A stretch of 64,000 bases of DNA, taken from Candidatus Eiseniibacteriota bacterium. GTDB lineage: Bacteria > Eisenbacteria > RBG-16-71-46 > CAVPCR01. Under the pieces are notes generated by a model, which was not told the DNA's origin, did not search any database, and saw only the letters and a program-made list of their open reading frames with translations. Position numbers and translations under genes: made by a program. Below, in pieces: positions 47,789 to 58,040 of the stretch; within the stretch, counting starts at the first letter, position 1, and every line of letters starts with the position of its first letter. Location of the stretch: NCBI GenBank assembly GCA_963823555.1, contig CAWGMA010000001.1:960001-1024000 (forward strand), read 5' to 3'.

Positions 47789-48771
47789 GGCTCGCTTATC
47801 CGTGGCTCCTCCTCCTGTTGCTCTTGATCCCGCTCATCCTCTATCGCGAGCGGGAGCGCCGGCGGCGGGTGGAGGCGCCGCTCAAGATCTCGGACACGAC
47901 GGCGCTCCAGCGCTCGGGTGCGAGCTGGCGCACGGCGGTGGCGCGTCTGCTCATGCCGCTCGAGCTCCTGGCCCTGGTGCTCACCGTTCTCATCCTCGCC
48001 CGCCCGCAATCCGATGTGCGCGAGCGCGAGGTGGTGAGCGAGGGCATCGACATCGTGCTCGCCGTCGACATCTCCGGCAGCATGAAGGCCGAGGATTTCA
48101 AACCGAACCGGCTGGTCGCGGCCAAGGAGGTGGCCAAGAAGTTCGTGGCCGGGCGGCAGGGCGACCGCATCGGCCTCGTCGTGTTCTCCGCCGACAGCTT
48201 CACGCAATGCCCGCTGACCCTCGATTACGGCGTGCTCACCGATCTCATCGACCAGGTGGACTTCGGCATGATCGATGATGGCACCGCGATCGGCATGGGT
48301 ATCGCCAACGCTGCGAATCGCCTCAAGGATGCCAAGGGCAAGTCCAGGGTGGTGATTCTCCTCACCGACGGGGTCAACAACGCCGGGCGTATCGACCCGC
48401 TCACGGCGGCGCGGCTGGCCAAGACTCTCGGCATCCGGGTCTACACGGTGGGGGCCGGGGTCGAGGGCGAGGCTCCCTATCCGGTGGACGATCCGGTCTT
48501 CGGCCGCCGCATGGTGATGATGCGCTCGACCATCGACGAGGAGACGCTCAAGAAGATCGCGTCCACCACCGGCGGCGAGTTCTTCCGGGCCCGGGACACA
48601 GGGACCCTGGAAGCCATCTACAGCCGGATCAGCGACATGGAGAAGACGAAGGTCGAGACGCGGGAGTACGTGCGCTACGACGAGCTGGGGCCGATCATGC
48701 TGGTGCCGGCATTCGTTCTGCTCGGGCTCGTCCTCGTCCTCGAGTCGACGTTGCTCATCAAGGTGCCTTAG
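47785..48771 (+). CDS. batA: BatA-like VWA membrane protein
   Basis: LAYPW.LLLL, LARPQ, DISGSM (MIDAS), PLTLDY, DGTAIG, LLTDG.NNAG. Confidence 0.9.
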   Translation: MRLAYPWLLLLLLLIPLILYRERERRRRVEAPLKISDTTALQRSGASWRTAVARLLMPLELLALVLTVLILARPQSDVREREVVSEGIDIVLAVDISGSMKAEDFKPNRLVAAKEVAKKFVAGRQGDRIGLVVFSADSFTQCPLTLDYGVLTDLIDQVDFGMIDDGTAIGMGIANAANRLKDAKGKSRVVILLTDGVNNAGRIDPLTAARLAKTLGIRVYTVGAGVEGEAPYPVDDPVFGRRMVMMRSTIDEETLKKIASTTGGEFFRARDTGTLEAIYSRISDMEKTKVETREYVRYDELGPIMLVPAFVLLGLVLVLESTLLIKVP

Positions 48772-48786
48772 GGGAGAGCTCCGTTC

Positions 48787-50580
48787 ATGCGATTTGCCGC
48801 GCCCGAGTTCCTCATGCTCCTGTGGGTCGTCGGAGCCCTGGCCGTGCTCAGGCTCGTCGCCCGCGTGCGCCGCGGCCGCCGAGCCCGGACCTTCGCCACC
48901 CCTCAGCTCTACTCGGGCCTCGCCGCCGAGCTGGGCCCCGGCCGGCGCGGGCTCCGGGATTTCTGTCGCCTCCTGGCGCTCGCCTTTCTCGTCCTGGCCC
49001 TGGCGCGGCCCCAGTTCGGACAGCGACTCGCGGTTCTGAAGCGCGAGGGCATCGATGTCGTCGTCGCCATCGACACCTCGGCCTCGATGCTGGCCGAGGA
49101 TCTCAAGCCCAACCGGCTCGAGACCGCCAAGCGCGCGGTCATCGGGCTCGCGCAGCGACTGCGCGGAGACCGGCTCGGGATCGTGGTGTTCTCGGGGTCC
49201 GCCTTCATCCAGTGTCCGCTCACGCTCGACGCCAAGGCGGCGCGGCTCATGATCGACGCGGTCGGCTCGGAGACGGTGCCCGATCCCGGCACGGCGCTCG
49301 AGGCCGCCATTGACCGCGCCAACGATGCCTTCGCCTCGGAGGAGAAGCGCTTCAAGGCGCTCATTCTCTTCACCGATGGCGAGGAGACGGCCGGCGATCC
49401 AATGGCAGCGGCCCGCCGGGCCGCGGACAAGGGCGTCCGCATCTTCACCGTCGGGCTCGGTGCCGAACGCGGGGAGCCCATTCCGCTCCGGAACCCAAGG
49501 GGCGAGATCGTGGGTTACAAGAAGGACCGCGCCGGGGAGGTCGTGATCAGCCGGCTCGACGAGGAAGCCCTCAAGCGGCTGGCCGAGATCGGTGGTGGGC
49601 GTTACTTCCGTGCCACCCCGGCCATGAGCGAGCTCGACGGGCTGTACGCGGAGATCGACGCCATGGAGAAGCGCGAGATCGAGGGGGGTTTTCACGCCCA
49701 CTACGAAGACCGTTTCCACTGGTTCGCGGTCCTCGCCTTCGGGTTCCTGGCGTTCGCACGACTTCTTGGCGAGAGACGGAATATCCCGCTCCGCGCCGCC
49801 GCCGGCGTGGCGATGATCTTGCTCTTCGCACCGTTGCCTGCTCTGGCGAAGGCCTCCGCCCCGGACGAGGTGGCGGCGGGGAATCGCGCCTACGCGCACG
49901 GCGATTTGAAGAAGGCCGCCGAGCACTATCTCGAGGCCCTCGGGGCCGAGCCGGAGAACCCCGGTATCCACTACAACCTCGGCAACACGCTCTATGGCGA
50001 GGGGCAGTATCCCGACGCGGACGCGGCCTATGGTACGGCCAGCGGTCACGCCGATTCACTGCTCAAGCAGTCCCTGAGCTACAATCTCGGCAACTCGCTC
50101 TTCCGCCAGGGTCGCTACCGTGAGGCGGTCGAAGCGTACAAGAAGGTGCTCGCGTCGAATCCAGGCGATGAGGATGCGCGCTGGAACCTGGAACTCGCCC
50201 TGGCGCGGATGCAGGAGCAGGAACAACAGCAACAGCAACAGCAACAGCAGCAGAACCAGCAGCAAGACCAGCAGGATCAGAATCAAGACAGGGAAAGCCA
50301 GCGCGACGAGCAGAACGAGGACAAGAAGCAAGAGCAGCAACCGCAGGCCCAGAGCCAGTCGCCGGAGAACCAGCAGGACGAGGAGGAGCAGCAGCCTCAA
50401 TCCGCCCAGGAGCAGAACGCAGCGAGCGGAGATGAACCGGCAGACCAACAGGAACAGCCCGAGATGAGCGCCGCCGAGGCGGAGCAGTTGCTCGAGGCGC
50501 TGGGCAACGAGGAGAAGGAGCTCTTGCAGGAGCGCTTCCGGGCGCGAGGTCGCAAGGTCGATGTGGAGAAGGACTGGTAA
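48787..50580 (+). CDS. batB: BatB-BatC fusion (VWA + TPR + Gln-rich linker)
   Basis: DTSASM, LFTDGE; TPRs with YNLGN; poly-Q tract; C-terminal EKDW. Confidence 0.85.
   Translation: MRFAAPEFLMLLWVVGALAVLRLVARVRRGRRARTFATPQLYSGLAAELGPGRRGLRDFCRLLALAFLVLALARPQFGQRLAVLKREGIDVVVAIDTSASMLAEDLKPNRLETAKRAVIGLAQRLRGDRLGIVVFSGSAFIQCPLTLDAKAARLMIDAVGSETVPDPGTALEAAIDRANDAFASEEKRFKALILFTDGEETAGDPMAAARRAADKGVRIFTVGLGAERGEPIPLRNPRGEIVGYKKDRAGEVVISRLDEEALKRLAEIGGGRYFRATPAMSELDGLYAEIDAMEKREIEGGFHAHYEDRFHWFAVLAFGFLAFARLLGERRNIPLRAAAGVAMILLFAPLPALAKASAPDEVAAGNRAYAHGDLKKAAEHYLEALGAEPENPGIHYNLGNTLYGEGQYPDADAAYGTASGHADSLLKQSLSYNLGNSLFRQGRYREAVEAYKKVLASNPGDEDARWNLELALARMQEQEQQQQQQQQQQNQQQDQQDQNQDRESQRDEQNEDKKQEQQPQAQSQSPENQQDEEEQQPQSAQEQNAASGDEPADQQEQPEMSAAEAEQLLEALGNEEKELLQERFRARGRKVDVEKDW
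50224..50253 (+). repeat. (CAACAG)4 + CAG repeat encoding poly-Gln
   Basis: caacagcaacagcaacagcaacagcagcag. Confidence 0.85.
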
Positions 50581-50581
50581 C

Positions 50582-52418
50582 TTGCGTTCAAGCAGACAGA
50601 AGACGGGGAGCTTGCGGACGAGGTTCTGGCTGCCGGTTCTCCTTCTCCCGCTGGCGTTGTCGAGCGCGACGCGTCCTGCCGCCGCGATCGAGGTCGAAGC
50701 CCACCTCGATCGCGACCAGGTGGCACTGAGCGAGCGTCTCACGCTCACGGTCACCGTGAACGGCGGGGGTGGCGGCGCGCGTCCGGAGCTGCCGGAGCTC
50801 CCCGATTTCGCCGTCTACCCGGCGGGAACCTCGCGCAACTTCTCCTTCGTGAACGGGAAGATCTCGAGCGCCACGGTCTTCACCTACATCCTGGCTCCGA
50901 AGCGGGAGGGCACCTTCGAGATCCCGCCGATCGCTGTCGTCGAAGGCGGGACCCGCGCCACCTCGCGGCCGCTCGCGGTCACCGTGGCGGGGGCTGGGGC
51001 GTCTCCGTCGCCGGGGGGAACCTCCGCCCCGCCGCCCGCCGCTCGTGGCCCAGCGGGATCCGGATCGGATCCGAAGGCGATCTTCGTGACGGCAGAGGCC
51101 GATCCGAAGAACCCCTACGTGGGCGAGCAGGTGACCCTCACCGTGCGCTTCTATCAGGGCGTGAGACTCCTCGAGCGTCCGGACTACCGCCCTCCGGTTT
51201 CGACCGGTTTCTGGGTCGAGAGTCTGCCCGGGGAGCGCACCTACTACACCGAGGTCCAAGGACGCCGCTACCATGTGACCGAGCTCAAGACCGCGCTCTT
51301 TCCCACCGAGTCCGGAGACCTCACCATCGGCCCGGCCAGGGTGGAGTGTCTGATCGAGACCGATCCCTTCGGTCGGGATCCCTTCAGCTGGTTCCGCGGT
51401 GGGGTCGGCATGGGCGAGCCGCGAAGCGTCGAGTCGCGGCCGATCGCAGATCGACGTGCGCCCGATTCCCAGGTCCGGGAAGCCGGCCGGCTTCACGGGT
51501 GCCGTGGGCCGCTATTCGATCAAGGCTGCCCTCGACCCGATACAGGTGCGCGTGGGCGAAGCGGCGACGTTGACCGTGACCCTGACCGGGCAGGGGAACA
51601 TTCGCGCCGTGGCCGATCCGGAGCTCCCCGAGGTCCCTGGAATGCGCAGCTTCGATTCCGGGAGCACGATCGAGGACAAGCGTGAGGGCGGCACCTTCGG
51701 CGGCGTGAAGAAGCTGACACGCGTCTACGTTGCCGAGTCCTCCGGACGCTATGGGGTACCAGCCATCCGCTATCCGGTCTTCCGTCCGGATCGGGGTGAG
51801 TTCGAGATCCTGACCACGAAGGCTCTCGATCTGGAGGTGATCGAGGGCGACGGCACGGTGCCGCTGGTTCCCGGGGCGCCGCGGGCGGTGGTCGCGACAT
51901 CAGGAGGCGCCAACCTGCGTTTCATTCGCCTCGGTGATCCCGGGTTCGAGCGCGCGCGGGGTCCGTTGTGGACTCAGGCCGGGTTCTGGCTCGTGCAGAT
52001 CGTTCCCCTTCTCGGCCTGGTCGGAGCGTTCCTGTTCGCGCGCCACAAGGAACGCGAGGAGACCGACCAGGGCTACGCCCGTCTCCGGCGCTCCGGGAAG
52101 GAAGCTCGCCGACGCCTGCGCCACGCGCGGTCTCTCCTTGCCAAGCATGATCAGAAGGCGTTCTACGGCGCGGTTTCTCAAGCTCTCCTCGGCTACGTCG
52201 CGGATCGCACCAATCGTCAGGCGCCGGGACTCACGGTCGATGATGTCCGCTTTCTCCTCCATGCGCGCGAGGTCGAGCCGGCTCTGATCGACCGGTTCGC
52301 CGCCTGCCTCGAGCGCTGCGATTTCGGGCGCTTTGCTCCCGCCGCGGGAGGAGAGGGGAGGGAGGTCCTGGCGGAGGCCGAGGCCCTCCTCACCAGCCTC
52401 GGGCGGGCGGGGCTGTGA
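50582..52418 (+). CDS. batD: BatD-like protein; split by a +1 frameshift near 51446-51449
   Basis: Signal peptide; F.IPPI.V, PYVGEQV in frame 2; FTGAVG.Y, G.GNI and C-terminal TM in frame 3; start uncertain. Confidence 0.82.
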
Positions 52419-53314
52419 AGGTGCTGAGGGGCGTGAAGGTGATGGCTGGATGGGGCCGGAGGCTTGTTCCTGGCCGCCCGGGAGGCCGTCGAGCCGAGCC
52501 GGGTCTTCTGATGGTCTTGATTCTCGCCCTCGCCCCCGCCGCCGGAGCCCAGACGCCCGGGGTGGAACCGGATCTCTCCCCCCCGGCGATCGCTGGTAAA
52601 CCAAGTGGGGGAGCGGTCCTCGGCGATCCGAGAGAACAGTTTTCGGCTGCCAACCGTCTGTACGAGGAGGGTCGCTTTGCCGAGGCTGCGGGCGCCTACC
52701 AGGCCATCGCCGCGGCCGGATATGCCTCGCCCGCCCTTTACTTCAATCTGGGCAATGCCTTCCTCAAGGCAGGGGAGCTCGGGGAAGCGATCGTCTATTA
52801 TGAGCGGGCCCGGGCCCTGGACCCCCGGGGCGAGGACATCCGCACCAACCTGGCCTACGCCAGGAGCCTGACGGTGGATGTGATGCCCGATGAGGGAGGA
52901 TCGGCCTTTCTCCTCGGCCTCGTCCGGATCCGGGACGCAGTGGCCCCCGAGGAGGCCTTGTGGGTCGCTGTGGCCGCCTTCTGGCTGACGGCCGGGGCCT
53001 TGATCCTGGGTCAGCTCCGGGGTTCCTGGCGCCGGGTGGCGCGGGGAGTGGCCCTCGGCGGTCTGGCTTTGCTCGTGCTCGCCGGCGGGCTCGCGGCCAT
53101 CCGGATCCATGCGGTCTCGGGGAACCCGCGGGCCTTCCTGATCGAGCCCGAGGTGCAGGTCCGGTCCGGTCCCGGTGCGCAGTTCTCGACGCGATTCACG
53201 CTCCACGAGGGGACCGGGGTCCAGGTCTTGCGCGAAGCGGGTGATTGGCTGGAGATCGAACTGACCGCGACGATGAACGGCTGGGTACCCAAGGGATCGC
53301 TGCTCGAGCTCTGA
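52415..53314 (+). CDS. batE: BatE-like TPR + SH3 membrane protein
   Basis: AN.LY..G, YFNLGNA, YYERA..L.P, two TMs, VRSGPG...F.LHEGT, GWV. Confidence 0.85.
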   Translation: MKVLRGVKVMAGWGRRLVPGRPGGRRAEPGLLMVLILALAPAAGAQTPGVEPDLSPPAIAGKPSGGAVLGDPREQFSAANRLYEEGRFAEAAGAYQAIAAAGYASPALYFNLGNAFLKAGELGEAIVYYERARALDPRGEDIRTNLAYARSLTVDVMPDEGGSAFLLGLVRIRDAVAPEEALWVAVAAFWLTAGALILGQLRGSWRRVARGVALGGLALLVLAGGLAAIRIHAVSGNPRAFLIEPEVQVRSGPGAQFSTRFTLHEGTGVQVLREAGDWLEIELTATMNGWVPKGSLLEL

Positions 53315-53402
53315 TCCGGCTCACCACTCGATTCCCGCGGGCCCCACGACCGCCCCTGAGCAACCGGGGCAAGGGGAGTGCGCGCGACCCGGACGCCGGT
53401 TC

Positions 53403-55832
53403 GTGATCCGCGCGGTGCCAATGGACCTCGGGTACGTCCTCATCACCGTCAGCTTCGCCGTCGCCGCGGTGGCGTTCATGCTCGGTCTGGTGATCGTGCG
53501 TGAGGCGCCGCGCCAGCGGCTCAACTGGATCACCGCGGGCATGCTCGTCTGTGGTGGCGCCGGTGCCCTTCTCGGCGCGGTGGACTTCATCGCGGCCATG
53601 CGCGAGGTCAAGGTCCTGCGCGCCCAGGGCAGCCTCGTTCGCAACTTCGCCTTTCTCTGGGAGTTCTTCTTCCCGACTTTCCTCCTGTTCACTCTCTACT
53701 TCCCCACGCAACGGCGCATCGTGCGCCGGTTCCCTGGGATCAGCTGGCTGCTCTTCCTTCCTTACATCTTTCACTTCGTGCTCCTGCTCGCCGGCTCCGC
53801 AACCGGCGGCCGTTTCCGCTTCGAGGGCATCGCCGAGCGTGGGGGAGCGCTCGGGGCCGCGGCGGATTTCGTCGGGCTGGCGCTCTATCTCCTCTATCAG
53901 CTGAATGCCGCGCTCTTCCCCCTGGTGAACCTGGCCGCGATGCTGGGTGCTACCTGGCTACTATCCTCTTCCTATCGCACCACCGAGAATCCGCGCCTGC
54001 GGGTCCAGGTTCGTATCGTCCTGGGCGGGCTGGGAGGATGCCTGGCCCTGTATTCCGTCGCCGTCCTCTTGCCGGTCATGACCGGCATCGACTTGAACCC
54101 GGTGCTGCGCGCGACCCTGATCGTTGCCGGACTTGCTCTCGGCAGCCTGTCGATCGCCTACGCCATCGTCCGCTATCGCTTCCTCGATGTGCAGATGCTG
54201 GCCCGCCGCTCCATCCTCTACGGCGCGGCCACGGCCGTTGCTCTTGCGCTCTACATCATCGTGGTCCGGCAGCTGAACGTCGCCATCGCCGGCCTCATCG
54301 GCATCGAGGCCGACTACATCCAGACGGCGGTCCTCGTGGTCGCGCTCTTGCTCTTTCAGCCGCTAGTCGGCCGCCTCGAGGAACTCCTGGAACAGGTCAT
54401 GCTCGGGGATCGATCTGACTACCGGAACCTGCTGCGCGAGCTGTCACGCGATGTCTCGACCGTGCTCGATCTGGGTGAGCTCGGGAACAAGGTCGGGGCC
54501 ATGCTCGCCTCGAGCATGATGGTCGACTGCGGCTGCCTGTTCGTACGTTCCGCGCCGCCGGCGCCCCTGACGCACGTGGCTGGATTCGGTGGGCAGGAGG
54601 TGGACTCCACCCTCGTGCGCGTGCTCGAGGAGCGACTCGCCGAGGATCCCGAGAGCGAACTCGTCGACGTCGACGAGCTCCTGTCCGGCACCGGTCTCGT
54701 GCCTTCGGTGCCGCTGTTCCTTGTGCCGCTTCGCCATCGAGGCGAACTCCTGGGGATGCTCCTCCTCGGGCGGAAGGTGACGGGCACCGGCTTCAACGCC
54801 GAGGATCGTGCGCTCCTGGCCGCCCTCGGCGATCAGATCGGGGTCGCCATCAAGAACGCTCACCTCCATCGTGAGTCGGTGGTGAAGACCCTCCTCGAGG
54901 AGGAGCTCGGCTTCGCTCGCCATGTTCAGCGCAGCTTTCTTCCGGATCGGTTTCCACCGATGGCGCCGCTCGACGTCTGGGCCCGCAACGTGCCCTCCAA
55001 GTTCGTGAGCGGCGACTACTATGACGTGGTGCCCATCGGCGAGTCGGAAATCCTGATCGCGATCGGCGATGTCTCCGGCAAGGGGGTGCCGGCTGCTCTT
55101 CTCATGTCCATGCTTCGCGCGTCATTGCGCACGCAGGCCCGGGGCCCGATCTCCCTCTGCGACATCATGTGCAGCTTGAACCAGCTCATTCTCGAGTCGA
55201 CGAGCGACCGCGAGTTCGTGACCCTGTTCCTGGCCCGTGTCGATTGTCGTCACCTCCGTCTGCGCTACTCGAACGGAGGACACAATCCGCCCTTGCTCCG
55301 GCGCGGAGACGGTCGCGTGGAGCGGCTCGAGCGAGGCGGGCTCTTGCTCGGTGCGTTCGGTGGCGCGGAATTCGAGGAGGGCGAAGTCGATCTCAGCGGC
55401 GAGGATCTGCTGGTTCTCTACACGGACGGACTCACCGAGGCGGTCGACACGACGGGGGATATGTTCGGCGAGGAGCGCCTGGAAGCCGAGGTCAGGGCGC
55501 TCGACCCGCGCCAGTCCGCCCGCGAGTCGCTCCAGACGCTCGAGGAGGCGTGCCGGCGTTTCTCCAATGGGGCCGAGCTGGAGGATGATCTGACCGTGCT
55601 CGTGCTCCGGGTCGGGGCGGAGGGGGCCGGGGTGGAGGGAGCCGGGGTGGAGGAAGCCGGGGCGGTGGCGGTGAAGGCGGCGGTGGTGGGGGAGGGGGCC
55701 GGGGAGGGGAAGGCCATCCTCTCTCCGGCGTCGGTCCTGGACGCAGACGGGTCCCAGGCGCCAAGAGGAGCTCGTTCTGCGGTCCGGAGCGTCGGTCCTG
55801 GCGATGGCCCAAGCAGCGTTGCCCAGCCATGA
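53403..55832 (+). CDS. Membrane-bound GAF + PP2C (SpoIIE/RsbU-like) phosphatase
   Basis: Multiple N-terminal TMs, GAF-like region, VSGDYYD, IGDVSGKGVPAAL, NGGH.PP, YTDGLTEA, EDDLT. Confidence 0.9.
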   Translation: MIRAVPMDLGYVLITVSFAVAAVAFMLGLVIVREAPRQRLNWITAGMLVCGGAGALLGAVDFIAAMREVKVLRAQGSLVRNFAFLWEFFFPTFLLFTLYFPTQRRIVRRFPGISWLLFLPYIFHFVLLLAGSATGGRFRFEGIAERGGALGAAADFVGLALYLLYQLNAALFPLVNLAAMLGATWLLSSSYRTTENPRLRVQVRIVLGGLGGCLALYSVAVLLPVMTGIDLNPVLRATLIVAGLALGSLSIAYAIVRYRFLDVQMLARRSILYGAATAVALALYIIVVRQLNVAIAGLIGIEADYIQTAVLVVALLLFQPLVGRLEELLEQVMLGDRSDYRNLLRELSRDVSTVLDLGELGNKVGAMLASSMMVDCGCLFVRSAPPAPLTHVAGFGGQEVDSTLVRVLEERLAEDPESELVDVDELLSGTGLVPSVPLFLVPLRHRGELLGMLLLGRKVTGTGFNAEDRALLAALGDQIGVAIKNAHLHRESVVKTLLEEELGFARHVQRSFLPDRFPPMAPLDVWARNVPSKFVSGDYYDVVPIGESEILIAIGDVSGKGVPAALLMSMLRASLRTQARGPISLCDIMCSLNQLILESTSDREFVTLFLARVDCRHLRLRYSNGGHNPPLLRRGDGRVERLERGGLLLGAFGGAEFEEGEVDLSGEDLLVLYTDGLTEAVDTTGDMFGEERLEAEVRALDPRQSARESLQTLEEACRRFSNGAELEDDLTVLVLRVGAEGAGVEGAGVEEAGAVAVKAAVVGEGAGEGKAILSPASVLDADGSQAPRGARSAVRSVGPGDGPSSVAQP
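55614..55662 (+). repeat. 15-nt G-rich tandem repeat (x3+) in the phosphatase tail
   Basis: GGGGCGGAGGGGGCC / GGGGTGGAGGGAGCC / GGGGTGGAGGAAGCC. Confidence 0.7.
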
Positions 55833-55981
55833 AGCATGCGCTAAGCTCATCGGTCCGTCATGGTGGTCGGGGTGCGGATCCGGCGCTAGGCCGGCTCCGT
55901 CCGGACCACAATCGCGGCCTGCCAACATGGATCCTCCGTGGTCCATCGGCGCCTGCGAGTGCGAGCCGAGTGGGGGTATGC

Positions 55982-56317
55982 ATGAAGATCTCCCGAGCAG
56001 ACAAAGCCGATGTCGTGGTGCTCATGATCTCGGGGAAGCTCATGGGTGGGCCCGATGCCGATGCGTTCGACGAGCACATCAAGCTGATCCTGGGTGAAGG
56101 GCGGCGCAAGATCCTGGTCGACCTCGGGGACGTGTCGTGGATCAACTCCACCGGGCTCGGCATTCTCATCGCCGGCCATGCTCGGGCGGAGAAGGTTGGC
56201 GGCGAGATGAAGCTGTGCAAGGTCTCGCGGCGGGTGGAGAGCATTCTCATGGTGACTCGGCTCAACATGATCTTCGAGAGCTACGCCGACGAGGCACAGG
56301 CTCTGGCCAGTTTCTAG
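55982..56317 (+). CDS. STAS-domain anti-sigma factor antagonist (RsbV/SpoIIAA-like)
   Basis: LMISGKLMGG, VDLGDVSWINSTGLG with the phospho-acceptor Ser. Confidence 0.9.
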   Translation: MKISRADKADVVVLMISGKLMGGPDADAFDEHIKLILGEGRRKILVDLGDVSWINSTGLGILIAGHARAEKVGGEMKLCKVSRRVESILMVTRLNMIFESYADEAQALASF

Positions 56318-56755
56318 ATGCCCATGAGCGTTAAAATGACCGATCGGCCAGGCGGTGCGGTCGAGCTGGTGATCCCGGCCAAGCTCGAATATCTCGATCT
56401 CGTCGACAACGTCGTCGAGGCCGTCAACGAGCTCATGAGCTTCGATGAGGATGCCCGCACCGCCGTCTCGATCTCGGTGGTCGAGGCTGGTACCAACGCC
56501 ATCCAGCATGGTTGCGGTCAGAATGGCCAGAGTCGCATCCACATGCACTTCGAAGTCGAATCCGATACTCTCACCATCATCGTGCACGACCCCGGCCCGG
56601 GTTTCGATCCAGCCGGTGTTCCCGATCCAACCAGTCCGGAGAACCTGGTGCGTGAGCGCGGGCGCGGCATCTTCATCATGCGGCAGATGATGGACGAGGT
56701 CGATTTCAGTTTCGAACGGGGGACCACCGTGCGCCTGGTCAAGCGCCGCCGCTAG
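56318..56755 (+). CDS. Anti-sigma factor Ser/Thr kinase (RsbW-like HATPase)
   Basis: EAGTNAIQHG, D.GPGFDP, RGRGIFIMRQMMDEV. Confidence 0.9.
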   Translation: MPMSVKMTDRPGGAVELVIPAKLEYLDLVDNVVEAVNELMSFDEDARTAVSISVVEAGTNAIQHGCGQNGQSRIHMHFEVESDTLTIIVHDPGPGFDPAGVPDPTSPENLVRERGRGIFIMRQMMDEVDFSFERGTTVRLVKRRR

Positions 56756-56785
56756 AGCGCATCCCGGGTGGCGGTTTCTCACGCC

Positions 56786-56962
56786 ATGGACAGCCTGCAT
56801 CCGGCGCTCCTCGCCGTCCTCCTCCTCTTCGTCGTCTACGTCCTCACCCGCCCGCGGCGAAAGTCTCCCTCCGGGCGCCTGCCCCGCCGCTTCGCTCCCC
56901 CCTGGCGTCATCGCGAGACCAGGTCCGATCGGAGCTCGCGCCGGATCTCCTTCCGGCGCTAG
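56786..56962 (+). CDS. Small single-TM basic protein (hypothetical)
   Basis: ALLAVLLLFVVYVL followed by an Arg-rich tail; GC3-rich codons. Confidence 0.45.
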   Translation: MDSLHPALLAVLLLFVVYVLTRPRRKSPSGRLPRRFAPPWRHRETRSDRSSRRISFRR

Positions 56963-56992
56963 GTCGCCGCTCCCGCAACCGCCGAGCCGGGA

Positions 56993-57901
56993 CTAGGATC
57001 CCGCTGGCCGCTTCGGTCGAGCCACCCGCTTTCCCTGAGCGGTCTGACGCGGGGTGTCCTCGCGGCCGACGTGGATGAGATGGTGGCGGTCATCATCATC
57101 CAGTTTCCCGGAGAATCCGTAGCCGGATTGCTCCTTCTGGTGCCGGAGGGCAAGGCTCAGGGCGAACCCTCTCTCATTGGACACCGAGGCCGCCACATGG
57201 ACGCCGGGCAGGCACTCGCTCTCGATGCCATAGCGCAGCATGAAGTCATCGTGGCCGTCCTCGCGGAAATAACCCTCGGCCGCGAGATTGAGCCGGGGAC
57301 CGAGCACCGGGATGTTGATGCCGGGAGCGATGATCCGACCGAGCTTGCCCCCGACGTAGCGGGGTTCATTGAGGTGGAGGGCGCGGATGGCGAAGGAGAA
57401 GTACTTGTGCGGGCGCGTCGCAGCGGAGAAGCCGAAGGTGAAGGCGTTCGGGTCACCCGGGACGCTGTTGGCGAGGAGCGCCACGTCGCTCGCCATCACC
57501 CAGCGCCCCTTCTGAGCGTTGATGCCGATGGCATACATGTCCTCGCTGAAGGACGGTCCGTCACCCGCATGCTCGAGATGCCGGTACTCGAGCATGAAGC
57601 GCTTGGGCTGCCAGAGGATGAACCCGCCGGCGAAGCGACTGCCGTCGAGCTCCACGGCCACGAGGCTCCGGCTGTCGGGAATGAAGGCGGCAGCGGCGGG
57701 GAGCGTCAAGCCAGCTGCTGGACCATCGGCGGTGGCGAGGAAGCTGCCGCGCCCGACGGCGAACGGCATGCCGTCGATGGACCCCAGCTGGGCGCGGGCC
57801 GGCACGGGTGCGATGATGGCGGCGAGCAGAACGATGAGGGCCACGATCGGGCGGTGCCGTGGCATCCCTGCTCGGGGGGCGTGGGCAGGCGCTTGGCGCA
57901 T
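56993..57901 (-). CDS. Hypothetical exported beta-strand-rich protein (probable OM barrel, distant PorV/FadL-like)
   Basis: SD GGAGGA; signal peptide ending PARA; amphipathic strands (LRYGIE, FSFAIRALHLNEP). Confidence 0.6.
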   Translation of the reverse strand: MRQAPAHAPRAGMPRHRPIVALIVLLAAIIAPVPARAQLGSIDGMPFAVGRGSFLATADGPAAGLTLPAAAAFIPDSRSLVAVELDGSRFAGGFILWQPKRFMLEYRHLEHAGDGPSFSEDMYAIGINAQKGRWVMASDVALLANSVPGDPNAFTFGFSAATRPHKYFSFAIRALHLNEPRYVGGKLGRIIAPGINIPVLGPRLNLAAEGYFREDGHDDFMLRYGIESECLPGVHVAASVSNERGFALSLALRHQKEQSGYGFSGKLDDDDRHHLIHVGREDTPRQTAQGKRVARPKRPAGS

Positions 57902-58040
57902 GGAATCCTCCGGGTGGCCTTCCGAACTGGCCGGCCGGGCGCTGGCTCGAGTCGCCGGGCCCCGGAGCGGGGACCGGTTTAGTAGACTATCGGCACTTTC
58001 CCCGGAGATCATGATGCCGATGTGGATTCGCCCTTCAGCT

